Origin: an uncultured virus (IMG/VR IMGVR_UViG_3300005764_000014)
Lineage: Duplodnaviria > Heunggongvirae > Uroviricota > Caudoviricetes
Reading direction: 5' to 3' (one strand)
DNA length: 20,950 nucleotides
Virus record (IMG/VR): IMGVR_UViG_3300005764_000014
Each line of letters begins with the position of its first letter. Within the stretch, counting starts at the first letter, position 1. Below, in pieces: positions 8,336 through 15,625 of the stretch. The translations under genes and the position numbers were made by a program. A model generated the notes under the pieces. It saw nothing but the letters and a program-made list of their open reading frames with translations. It had not been told where the DNA came from and searched no databases.

Positions 8336-8437
8336 CGGGGTGACGTAGGTGCCAGCCCAGTTTTGGCAACCGGCCCAGGGCGAGACATCCGTCATCTGAC
8401 CGATCTTTAAGAGCGATCATGGACGGGGTGACGTAGG
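8336..8437. repeat. 14-bp direct repeat CGGGGTGACGTAGG x2
   Basis: Exact copies at 8336-8349 and 8424-8437 in an intergenic region. Confidence 0.85.
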
Positions 8438-8440
8438 AAA

Positions 8441-9127
8441 TTAGCCCGCGCCGTTGCTGTGGGCCCGCGCGGCGGGGATCGCCTTCTGCGCGGCGTACTG
8501 GGTGACGCCGTGCCGTTCCACGACTTTCCGCCAGGACAGCGGCAGCCCGTGCCCGGCGTCCTCGATCAGCTTGGCCACCAGGCCCGGGTCGGGGGTGCCC
8601 GCTGGACGCCGGGCCCGGGTGGCCTTCGCCGCACGAGATGCAGGACGCCGCCGTGAAGCCGCCCCAGGCCGGGGCTCCTCGGACGGCGCGGTGTCCTGCC
8701 CGCGGGTGTGCAGCTTGACCAGCCCGAGCCCGACGCCCAGGCATATCGCCGCGCACAACGGCGCGGCGGCAGCGGCGATCTTCCACGACAGCGGGGCGTA
8801 CTGGTAGTGCAGCCAGTTGCCCGCCATCGACGCGGCCAGGCCGAACAGGGTCAGGCCCCACATCCGGCCCTTCATCCACCACCCCTCGTCGCGGCGGGTG
8901 GCGCTGTACAGCCTGCCCTCACCGACCACAACGAACACATCAATGATCAACGGGAACGCTACTGCGGCCCACAGCGGGCTGCCATGATGGGTGGCGAAAT
9001 CCAGCAGGTTCCGGTACGAGAGCACCAGTGCGGCGATCGTCGCGGCGACACATACCCCGCCCACCACCAGGTCGGCCACCCGGACGTCCTGGGGTGTGCC
9101 GTCTCGCGCCCCTGTACTTACAGCCAC
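8441..9127 (-). CDS. DUF2637-like (Spd-type) membrane protein with C-terminal HTH-like segment
   Basis: ALVLSYRNL...FPLIID...ASMAGNWLH...AAAPL pattern with about 4 TM helices; C-terminal LSWRKVVERHGVTQYAAQK. Start uncertain (GTG 9127, 7 nt after TACAGT, possibly leaderless). Confidence 0.75.
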   Translation of the reverse strand: MAVSTGARDGTPQDVRVADLVVGGVCVAATIAALVLSYRNLLDFATHHGSPLWAAVAFPLIIDVFVVVGEGRLYSATRRDEGWWMKGRMWGLTLFGLAASMAGNWLHYQYAPLSWKIAAAAAPLCAAICLGVGLGLVKLHTRGQDTAPSEEPRPGAASRRRPASRAAKATRARRPAGTPDPGLVAKLIEDAGHGLPLSWRKVVERHGVTQYAAQKAIPAARAHSNGAG

Positions 9128-9158
9128 GAGGACCACTGTACCGCCGGGAAGGGGTCTT

Positions 9159-9689
9159 GTGCCTACAAGCAACCGCAGCGCGGGGCGGATCGAGGATGAG
9201 CTGTGGCTGCCGTTCCTGGCGACCGCGCGGGACCGGGGCATCACCAACACCGACGCGATGCGCGAGGCCCTCGCGGACTGGGTGGCCAAACACCAGGCGG
9301 CCCCGCCCGGCGGGGAGCATCCGGGCGGGGCCGCACAGCCGAGGTTAGGGACAAGTGGCGACGATCCAGCCGGTGGGCCCGGTCTGGCTGTACTCCGTCT
9401 TGTACTGGCACTGGCCGTTGATGAACATCCACGCCCGGCCCCAGCGCATCGCGCCGCCGTCCTTGGTGTGGGCCACCGAGTGGATGCCGTTGTCGTAGTA
9501 GACCTTGCCACCGTAGGTGGTGTTGCCGGACCAGTCCCTCACCTGGGACCACAGCGCGGCGCAGCCGTCGGTGGTCGAGGAGTCGGAGTCCGGGTTCCAC
9601 CACACGCCGAGGTAGCCACCCGGGCCGAGCCCGATGGCGTTCTTGACGGTGCCCTGGTCGCACGGGCCTGGGATGCGCTGGCCCGCTGA
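9159..9689 (+). CDS. ribbon-helix-helix (CopG/Arc-like) protein; only the first ~46 aa look genuine
   Basis: MPTSNRSAGRIEDELWLPFLATARDRGITNTDAMREALADWVAK fits an RHH pattern; purine-rich GGGAAGGGG upstream; the frame runs on antisense to the next gene. Confidence 0.5.
   Translation: MPTSNRSAGRIEDELWLPFLATARDRGITNTDAMREALADWVAKHQAAPPGGEHPGGAAQPRLGTSGDDPAGGPGLAVLRLVLALAVDEHPRPAPAHRAAVLGVGHRVDAVVVVDLATVGGVAGPVPHLGPQRGAAVGGRGVGVRVPPHAEVATRAEPDGVLDGALVARAWDALAR
9297..9334. terminator. 14-bp-stem GC hairpin, probable terminator between convergent units
   Basis: GCGGCCCCGCCCGG-N10-CCGGGCGGGGCCGC, perfect inverted repeat. Confidence 0.7.
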
Positions 9690-9782
9690 GGCCGAGCTGG
9701 CCGGGAGCGCCAGGACGGCGGCTGCCGCAACGGCAAGAGCCGCGCCCGTGAGCGCGGCCCTGCTGATCCGTAGTTTGTGCAT
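9345..9782 (-). CDS. secreted hypothetical protein (145 aa)
   Basis: Signal peptide MHKLRISRAALTGAALAVAAAAVLALPASSASA; 4 Cys in the mature region; GAAAGGA RBS. Confidence 0.8.
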   Translation of the reverse strand: MHKLRISRAALTGAALAVAAAAVLALPASSASAGQRIPGPCDQGTVKNAIGLGPGGYLGVWWNPDSDSSTTDGCAALWSQVRDWSGNTTYGGKVYYDNGIHSVAHTKDGGAMRWGRAWMFINGQCQYKTEYSQTGPTGWIVATCP

Positions 9783-9806
9783 GGGTGAGATCCTTTCTGT
9801 GGTGGC

Positions 9807-9874
9807 GGGCGGGCCTTCCTGCCCCCCTTGGAGGAAGGCCCGCCCCCTTGGCCCGGCGGTGGATCGCCGCCGGG
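9807..9874. terminator. two tandem hairpins
   Basis: GGGCGGGCCTTCCT...AGGAAGGCCCGCCC (9807-9845) and CCCGGCGGT...GCCGCCGGG (9852-9874), just after the stop of 9878..10267. Confidence 0.55.
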
Positions 9875-9877
9875 GGC

Positions 9878-10267
9878 CTACTCGATGGGCTTGCCGTCGG
9901 CGTTGGTCATCCGCCCCGCCTCATCCCAGCAGATGACGGTGTCGTGGTGCATGTCCGCGCCGTCCGGGTGGCCCGCCGGGCGGTAGTGGCCGGCGTCGGC
10001 GTAGCAGTGGTAGGCCGCGCCCGGGTAGGGCCGGTGCTCGCACAGCATCGGCGGTGCGTGCTCGGCCTCGAAGTGGGTGGCGTAGGCCGCGCCCGCGGCC
10101 TTGGTCTCGGTGTCCTCGACGGTCGCCTCGTCGGCGGGGCCCAGGACGGTCACGGTGGCGGGGATGTCGCGGCCCCTGATCTTCCGCTTGCAGCGCGGGC
10201 AGGTCAGGTAGTAGCCGTTGACGTCCACCCCCGCCTCGGCGTACGGGAGCCCTAGTGGCGTGGTCAT
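9878..10267 (-). CDS. hypothetical protein with CPRC...H..H Zn-finger-like motif
   Basis: 129 aa, ATGA-coupled, GC3-rich. Confidence 0.7.
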   Translation of the reverse strand: MTTPLGLPYAEAGVDVNGYYLTCPRCKRKIRGRDIPATVTVLGPADEATVEDTETKAAGAAYATHFEAEHAPPMLCEHRPYPGAAYHCYADAGHYRPAGHPDGADMHHDTVICWDEAGRMTNADGKPIE

Positions 10268-10560
10268 GGCAGATCCTTGTAGTCGCAGCCCCAGACGCTC
10301 TGGGACAGGTTGTCACGGACGGAGATCAGTTCCTGGGCCTGCCAGGACAGCGCGCTGATCACGCGGGACAGTTCCCCGATGCCCTCGATGGTGAGCGAGT
10401 CACCGGCACGGGCGAACTGCCGGATGCGGTGCTCGATGCGCCGCGCCGGGTCGCAGCCGGGGGCGTGGATGCCGCCGCTCGGATTGCCGCAGGCCGGGCA
10501 ATCGAGGACGACCGCCTTGTTCCGGTCCACGGTGGCCAGGACTTCCTCCAGCCCGCTCAT
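10264..10560 (-). CDS. hypothetical protein (98 aa)
   Basis: ATG 10560 overlaps the upstream stop; CPACG..H..GC motif. Confidence 0.7.
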   Translation of the reverse strand: MSGLEEVLATVDRNKAVVLDCPACGNPSGGIHAPGCDPARRIEHRIRQFARAGDSLTIEGIGELSRVISALSWQAQELISVRDNLSQSVWGCDYKDLP

Positions 10561-11054
10561 TCCGCACCGCCCAGGCCGTAGAGCTGCTCGCCGTCCTCGG
10601 TGAACGCGGGGACGTTGATCTCGGGCATGCCACCGTGGTGCTGGCCGCCGCCCTCGCCGCAGCCGCACTGCCGGCACCAGGGCTCGGGGGCGTACTGCTC
10701 CTCGGGCCCGCCGTCGAAGCCGTGCGCGGCGCTGCCGGCGTGCATCCAGGCACCGGAGCGCAGCATGGCGTCCTCGGTGTCGAGGCAGGGCGTCAGCCAC
10801 TCGACCGCCTGTCCGGCGGCGATGGCCACGCGGGCCTCCTCGCCGGTCAGGTAGCCCGTGTAGCGGGACCGGGCGGTGGGCTTGGTGTTCAGCACCCCGG
10901 CGGCGATGGCGCGGAAGGTGGACCGGTAGCTGCGCGAGCTGGCCGGCGGCATGGTCAGCTCGTAGACCCGCGCGCCCTCGCGCAGGGCGGTGGGCACCTG
11001 CGCGCGGGTGATGCCGATACGGTCGGAGCCGTAGCCGATGGTGTACAGCTTCAT
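10557..11054 (-). CDS. hypothetical protein (165 aa)
   Basis: Starts 2 nt after the upstream stop; GC3-rich. Confidence 0.7.
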   Translation of the reverse strand: MKLYTIGYGSDRIGITRAQVPTALREGARVYELTMPPASSRSYRSTFRAIAAGVLNTKPTARSRYTGYLTGEEARVAIAAGQAVEWLTPCLDTEDAMLRSGAWMHAGSAAHGFDGGPEEQYAPEPWCRQCGCGEGGGQHHGGMPEINVPAFTEDGEQLYGLGGAE

Positions 11055-11056
11055 GA

Positions 11057-12142
11057 TCAGTTACCTGCAATTCTGGTGATCTGGTCCGCGATGTCGCGGA
11101 CCCGCTCGTAGCCGGCGTCGGCGTCGGTGGTGGCCGCCACGGCGGCGGGCCCGGTCGCGGCCGGCGGCTCCTCGGCGTACGGGTCCTCCCACTGCCATTC
11201 CGGCCACAGGTAGAACTCCATCTCCCACCAGCCGAAGGAGTAGCCGTCCGGGGCGACGTTGTCGTTCAGCCACCGCTCGACGCCGTCGGCGGCGTCGGAC
11301 AGCACTTCCTCCTCATCGAGGGTCAGGCTCTCGGCGGGACGCGGGCTCATCGAGGCCATCTTCCGGTCGGCCAGGTCGATGACCTCGGGCACCGGGTAGC
11401 CGTGGCTCTCGGCCTTCTGGATCAGGTGCGCGAGGCCGTACTGGCCCCAGTGCCCCTCGACCCAGCAGCCCTGGTCGGCCTCGGTGGCCTCGATGATCTG
11501 CGGGGGCTGGCGGTAGAAGTGTGGCTGCGGCCCGTCGTACACGCAGATCTCGGTGCCGGGCTCGCAGTAGCAGAACGCATCGCAGGCGGCGCAGGAGTGC
11601 AGCCGGCCCGGCTCGTGCCCGTTCTCGGCGTGGTCGGGGCGGAAGGCGACCGCCCAGCCGGCCGGCTCGCTCTCATCGGCGGTGTCGACCACCACGGTCA
11701 CGTAGGTGCCGGGGGTGCGCCGGATGTGGGCTTCGAGCCCGCCGCCGACGAACTCCGACGGGTGCATGACCGGGCCGGTGTAGGAGTACTGGCCGGTCCA
11801 GCCGTCCAGCAGAACCCAGCCCTGCTGCCACGCCTCGCGGACGTAGTCGGCCTCGTGCTCGGCGGAGATCTGCCCGTCATCGTCACAGGCCATCGTCAGC
11901 TCGGGCGCGTGCACCCCGGCGGCGTCGGAGATCCCGCCGCCGCCGTGCACCCGCACCGGGTGGCCGAAGTCCATGATGTCGTTGAGGGCCTTGCCCTCAT
12001 ACGGCGCGGTGACGATGTGGTAGTCCATGTTCCGCTCCGCGATCCGGTCCCCGATGCCGCCGCTGGTGCGGTGCCCGCACGCGCAGGTGAGGAACCGCTG
12101 GCCTAGCTGGTCTTGCTGGCCCACGACGCTGTGGGTGATCAT
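11057..12142 (-). CDS. acidic multi-module phage protein (361 aa) with shared C-terminal peptide
   Basis: AAGGAG RBS, ATG 12142; GWTGQYSYTGPVMHPSEFVGG module; ends ADAGYERVRDIADQITRIAGN. Confidence 0.75.
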   Translation of the reverse strand: MITHSVVGQQDQLGQRFLTCACGHRTSGGIGDRIAERNMDYHIVTAPYEGKALNDIMDFGHPVRVHGGGGISDAAGVHAPELTMACDDDGQISAEHEADYVREAWQQGWVLLDGWTGQYSYTGPVMHPSEFVGGGLEAHIRRTPGTYVTVVVDTADESEPAGWAVAFRPDHAENGHEPGRLHSCAACDAFCYCEPGTEICVYDGPQPHFYRQPPQIIEATEADQGCWVEGHWGQYGLAHLIQKAESHGYPVPEVIDLADRKMASMSPRPAESLTLDEEEVLSDAADGVERWLNDNVAPDGYSFGWWEMEFYLWPEWQWEDPYAEEPPAATGPAAVAATTDADAGYERVRDIADQITRIAGN

Positions 12143-12855
12143 GACATCTCCTTGATCTTGTAGGGGTACATGGACCCCTCGCTGTGGCGGGTGCCCGTCC
12201 GGCGGTCCCCGGTGGTCTCGTAGGCGCTGAAGTACAGCACGCCGCCCTCGTGGTAGAAGTAGCCGCCGGTCACCAGCGCCGACAGGGCCTCGCTGGTGGT
12301 CACCGTGACGTAGCCACGGGACCACAGGAACACGCCCTCGGGGGTGAAGGTGGCGATGTGCTGGCCGATCAGGTGGACCCGGACCTCGGTGCTGCCAATG
12401 CCGGCGTGCTCGGTGAACTTGCCGAACCGGTAGCCGTGGGTGTTGGCCAGCACCCGGGACGGGTGCTTGGACCGGGCGATGGCCAGGGCCTGCGCGTAGT
12501 CCATCCGGGTCCAGTGCAGCGGCGTGTAGGGCTGGCCCGCCTTGTCCTGCTCGGCCAGCCGCTCGGCCACCGGGGTGGTCCCGGTGGCCTCGAAGTAGGC
12601 GGCGAGGGCCGCCTCGATGTCGTCGCCGTTGTAGACGGTGAACTCGCCGTTGGCCGTGGTGACCGAGAACCGGCCGCCGTCAAGCTCGCGCTGATCCGGG
12701 TCGGGGTGCTCCACCCACAGGCAGTAGTCGGTGTCGTTCGCCTGGCTGCCGAAGGCGGGGCAGGCGTCGTTGTGCCAGGAGACGTCGGGCAGGCCCGCCG
12801 AGATGATCTCGGCGGGCACTGCGTATCCGGCTCCGTGCTCGGTCTCCCACTTCAT
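12139..12855 (-). CDS. phage hypothetical protein (238 aa)
   Basis: TAATG overlap at 12855; DVSWHNDACPAF motif, recalled from phage hypothetical proteins. Confidence 0.75.
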   Translation of the reverse strand: MKWETEHGAGYAVPAEIISAGLPDVSWHNDACPAFGSQANDTDYCLWVEHPDPDQRELDGGRFSVTTANGEFTVYNGDDIEAALAAYFEATGTTPVAERLAEQDKAGQPYTPLHWTRMDYAQALAIARSKHPSRVLANTHGYRFGKFTEHAGIGSTEVRVHLIGQHIATFTPEGVFLWSRGYVTVTTSEALSALVTGGYFYHEGGVLYFSAYETTGDRRTGTRHSEGSMYPYKIKEMS

Positions 12856-13088
12856 TACCGGCGCTCCGTCCCGTCCGCGTTGATCACGACGGCCATGGTG
12901 TGCCGCTTGTAGCGGATGGTCACCCGGCTGACGCCGAAAGTCTGCGCGTCGGCCTTGTTGACGGCGCGGCCGGTGTGCGCGCCCATAGACAGGACGGTGA
13001 AGTCCTTGCCCTGGTTCCACGCCTCGATGGCCTTGGCCTTGGAGGGGTAGTCCCGCCCGTACGCGGGGCCGACGGTGATGTCTTCCAT
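12855..13088 (-). CDS. small phage protein (77 aa)
   Basis: AGGAG RBS; PAYGRDY..K.......GKDF motif, recalled from phage early genes. Confidence 0.75.
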   Translation of the reverse strand: MEDITVGPAYGRDYPSKAKAIEAWNQGKDFTVLSMGAHTGRAVNKADAQTFGVSRVTIRYKRHTMAVVINADGTERR

Positions 13089-13117
13089 GTCATCTCCTGT
13101 ATCAGAATCTTGCTGCC

Positions 13118-13159
13118 AGACTATGCGCTGGCCTACGCTTCTGTCAACAGTTGAGCAGG
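13118..13159 (-). promoter_or_regulatory. sigma70/HrdB-type promoter with overlapping palindromic operator (copy 1)
   Basis: TTGACA(13147-13142)-N18-TAGTCT(13123-13118); TCAACAGTTGA at 13144-13154. Confidence 0.75.
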
Positions 13160-13164
13160 AGATT

Positions 13165-14715
13165 CTATTCCTTTCCGCGCCGGGCGTGCTCGATGGCGGT
13201 GGCCAGGCTGACAGAGCGCTTCGCACCGCTCGGCCTGGTGCCGCCCACTTCCCGGTCCACCCGTCCGCCGGCGGCGTCGGAGGCCTGCGGGGTGGGCAGC
13301 GTCCGCAGCCCGCGGTGCTTGGCCACCGACCGGGCGGTACTGCTCAGGCCGGCCACCGTCCGCACCACCATGTTCAGCTCGTTGCCGTGCGCGTCCTCCC
13401 CGACTCCGTGCATCGTCGGCAGCAGCGGGATGGCGGGCGAGCTGGCCGGCGGGCGGTCGGCGGGCTCCAGCGGCCCGTACAGGTAGGCCACCGCCATCGC
13501 GGCCTGGGCGGGCACCACGCCGTTGCCGATCGCGCGGAGCTGCGCAGAGCGGGACAGCCCCGGCACGCCGGTGACCCAGCCTGGCGGCAAGCCCATCATC
13601 CACTCAGGGAAGACGGCGGCCATGCGCGGCTGGCCGTTCCGGCCGGGCTCGATCGGGCACGGGGCGGCTATGCCGAAGACCCGCTCCCACCGGGCGACGG
13701 CGGGGCCGTACTCCGCCCAGTCGACCGCTGTCCCAGCTTCGCCGCCCGGGTAGGGGACTGGCCCAGATTCCGGCCAGCCAGCAGCCGCAGGATCTCTCCC
13801 GTCAGCATCGTGTCGCCCCGGGACCGGTGCTGGTTCGGGGAGCCGTGCCGGGCCTCGCCAGTGAGCGGGGTAGGGAGCAAGGCGAGCCCCGCCACCTGAT
13901 CCTCGATCGACGGGTGGTGGCCACCCGCCAGCCGTTTGGCCGCCGGCTGCGCTCCCCCGTTGGAACCCAGGTTCGCCCCCGGCGTGCGGAACAGCCGGGA
14001 GACCTCCGCGGGCAGTTGCTTGCCCTCCCTGCGGTCCCGGGTGTCCATTCCACCCGAGCCCCGCCCAGCCGTGGTCGGCGTCGGCAGGAACCGGGTGACC
14101 ACCGCCACCAGGCCCAGGTGCGACGGCGAGGCCGGCTGGCCGGTGTCCGAGCGGATGTCCCCCCGCGGGTAGGCCCCCTTGAAGTCCCGGGCTGAGGGCG
14201 TGGGCATCAACGGCGACGAGGAACCAGCGCTCGCGGCGGTGGCAGCATCCGGCCCAGTCAGCTCGGAAAAGCCCGTAACGCCCCACATACCCGAGCGCGG
14301 CCAGCGACCGCACGACGGCGTCCATGGCTGCCCCGCCTTCGATAGACAGCAGCCGAGGGACGTTCTCGAACACGAGCACTCTGGGCCGTGCTGCCATTCT
14401 GCTGATCCCTGCCGGGATGTACGGCCAGATCCACCGCTCATCGGCGGTTCCCTTCTGCTTGCCCGCGTTCGACACCGGCTGGCAGGGGAACCCCCCGCAC
14501 AGCACATGCACCGGCGGGACGTCTTCCCACTTGATCTTGGTGATGTCACCCAGGTTCGGCACGCTGGGGAACCGGTGACCGATGATGGTGGCGCAGTGCT
14601 CATCGTTGTCCGCGGCCCACGCTAGGCGCGGGGTGCCGCCGAGCGCGGCGACAACCCCCGCTTCGAGGCCGCCGTAGCCGGTGCAGACCGACCCGACCTC
14701 GTACTCCCCGGTCAT
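13165..14715 (-). CDS. DNA (cytosine-5) methyltransferase
   Basis: Motif I SVCTGYGG, PNLGDI, IV GGFPCQ, VI FENV, VIII HRRERWF, then EWMMGLP and X LRAIGNGVVP. Confidence 0.9.
   Translation of the reverse strand: MTGEYEVGSVCTGYGGLEAGVVAALGGTPRLAWAADNDEHCATIIGHRFPSVPNLGDITKIKWEDVPPVHVLCGGFPCQPVSNAGKQKGTADERWIWPYIPAGISRMAARPRVLVFENVPRLLSIEGGAAMDAVVRSLAALGYVGRYGLFRADWAGCCHRRERWFLVAVDAHALSPGLQGGLPAGGHPLGHRPAGLAVAPGPGGGGHPVPADADHGWAGLGWNGHPGPQGGQATARGGLPAVPHAGGEPGFQRGSAAGGQTAGGWPPPVDRGSGGGARLAPYPAHWRGPARLPEPAPVPGRHDADGRDPAAAGWPESGPVPYPGGEAGTAVDWAEYGPAVARWERVFGIAAPCPIEPGRNGQPRMAAVFPEWMMGLPPGWVTGVPGLSRSAQLRAIGNGVVPAQAAMAVAYLYGPLEPADRPPASSPAIPLLPTMHGVGEDAHGNELNMVVRTVAGLSSTARSVAKHRGLRTLPTPQASDAAGGRVDREVGGTRPSGAKRSVSLATAIEHARRGKE
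13668..14207 (-). CDS. overlapping +1-frame ORF with four (L/F)xTP repeats, nested in the methyltransferase
   Basis: LMPTPSARD, FLPTPTT, LFRTPGA, LLPTPLTGE; codons in this frame are GC3-rich over ~14207-13780 while the main frame looks like a shadow there. Start uncertain. Confidence 0.65.
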   Translation of the reverse strand: MPTPSARDFKGAYPRGDIRSDTGQPASPSHLGLVAVVTRFLPTPTTAGRGSGGMDTRDRREGKQLPAEVSRLFRTPGANLGSNGGAQPAAKRLAGGHHPSIEDQVAGLALLPTPLTGEARHGSPNQHRSRGDTMLTGEILRLLAGRNLGQSPTRAAKLGQRSTGRSTAPPSPGGSGSSA

Positions 14716-14760
14716 GCTCCTGATCCTTCCAGGCCCCGCGCGGTTGCACCAGGCCTGCGA

Positions 14761-15270
14761 TCAGTCTTCACTGGCGGGCTCCTCACCGATCTGGGCGGCG
14801 ATGGCCTCGCGGACCATGCCCATCAGGTCGATGCGGTGCCTGACCTCGTAGGCGTACAGATCCCGGCCGGCCGCGTCGGCGGCCTCCTTCAGCCGGCTCC
14901 ACTCCTCGATCGTGGCCTCGCCGCCGAGGACGGTGCGGCCGACATCATGCCGGGAGATCTGCTCGGTGCCGGTCTTGCCGTCGAGCTTGACGATCAGGTT
15001 GCCGTTGCCGCCGTGCCGCCCGACCACGGTGCCGGCCTTGTAGGTCCGCACCGCGCCGCCGGTCGCCAGGATGAACGGGATCGACAGCTTCGAGGTCGCC
15101 GCTTTGCCGATCTTGCGGAGCTGGGTTTCCAGCTCCTGCTTGCTGTCCGCGGTGACCCGCCGGCCGGTCTCCCCGGTGACGGCGAACCATTCGCCGGCAT
15201 CGGTCACGTAGGCGTTGACGGTCACACCGCCGACGTCGACAGTTCCCGCTGGGTACTCGTCTCCTGCCAT
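14761..15270 (-). CDS. hypothetical protein (169 aa)
   Basis: AAGGAG RBS; GC3-rich. Confidence 0.75.
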   Translation of the reverse strand: MAGDEYPAGTVDVGGVTVNAYVTDAGEWFAVTGETGRRVTADSKQELETQLRKIGKAATSKLSIPFILATGGAVRTYKAGTVVGRHGGNGNLIVKLDGKTGTEQISRHDVGRTVLGGEATIEEWSRLKEAADAAGRDLYAYEVRHRIDLMGMVREAIAAQIGEEPASED

Positions 15271-15572
15271 TCAGAATCATCTCCTTGATCTGCGGCCATC
15301 CTAGCCGCCTTGCATACCGGGCAGCGCCAGGTGGCGCTGCTCTGCTTCATCGCCCGCTCGCGGTTGCGGTCACCGGGGCGGACGTCCACCACTTCCCAGG
15401 TGATGCCCTGCTCGATGGCCAGCCGGAACAGCACGGAGCCCGCCCCGGCCGCGTGGGCGGCGAGGCGGGCTTCGAGGCCGGCGGTCCAGCCGGTGTAGTG
15501 CTGCGGCCAGTGCCGGGGCGGGGCGGTGGTCTTGATCCTGGCGGAAAAGTGAACCGTGTAGATGTGCCCCAT
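15222..15572 (-). CDS. GIY-YIG-like endonuclease (116 aa)
   Basis: HIYTVHF...QHYTGWT..LEARLAAH..G.G...ERAMK...CPVC. Confidence 0.75.
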   Translation of the reverse strand: MGHIYTVHFSARIKTTAPPRHWPQHYTGWTAGLEARLAAHAAGAGSVLFRLAIEQGITWEVVDVRPGDRNRERAMKQSSATWRCPVCKAARMAADQGDDSEWQETSTQRELSTSAV

Positions 15573-15625
15573 CACCCCCGAGTCGACGGGGGCGGTGCGG
15601 GGCCGGCGGCCCGACGGCGGCAGCA

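Noticed and set aside
9128..9511. 356-aa version of the DUF2637-like gene starting at 9511
   Set aside because: The extension is low-complexity, crosses a terminator hairpin and overlaps two other genes; a start near 9127 fits better.
14208..14603. Upstream extension of the +1 MTase frame including WPRSGM
   Set aside because: WPRSGM is the automatic +1 reading of main-frame LAALGY, and codon bias favours the main frame here, so it is not independent evidence of coding.
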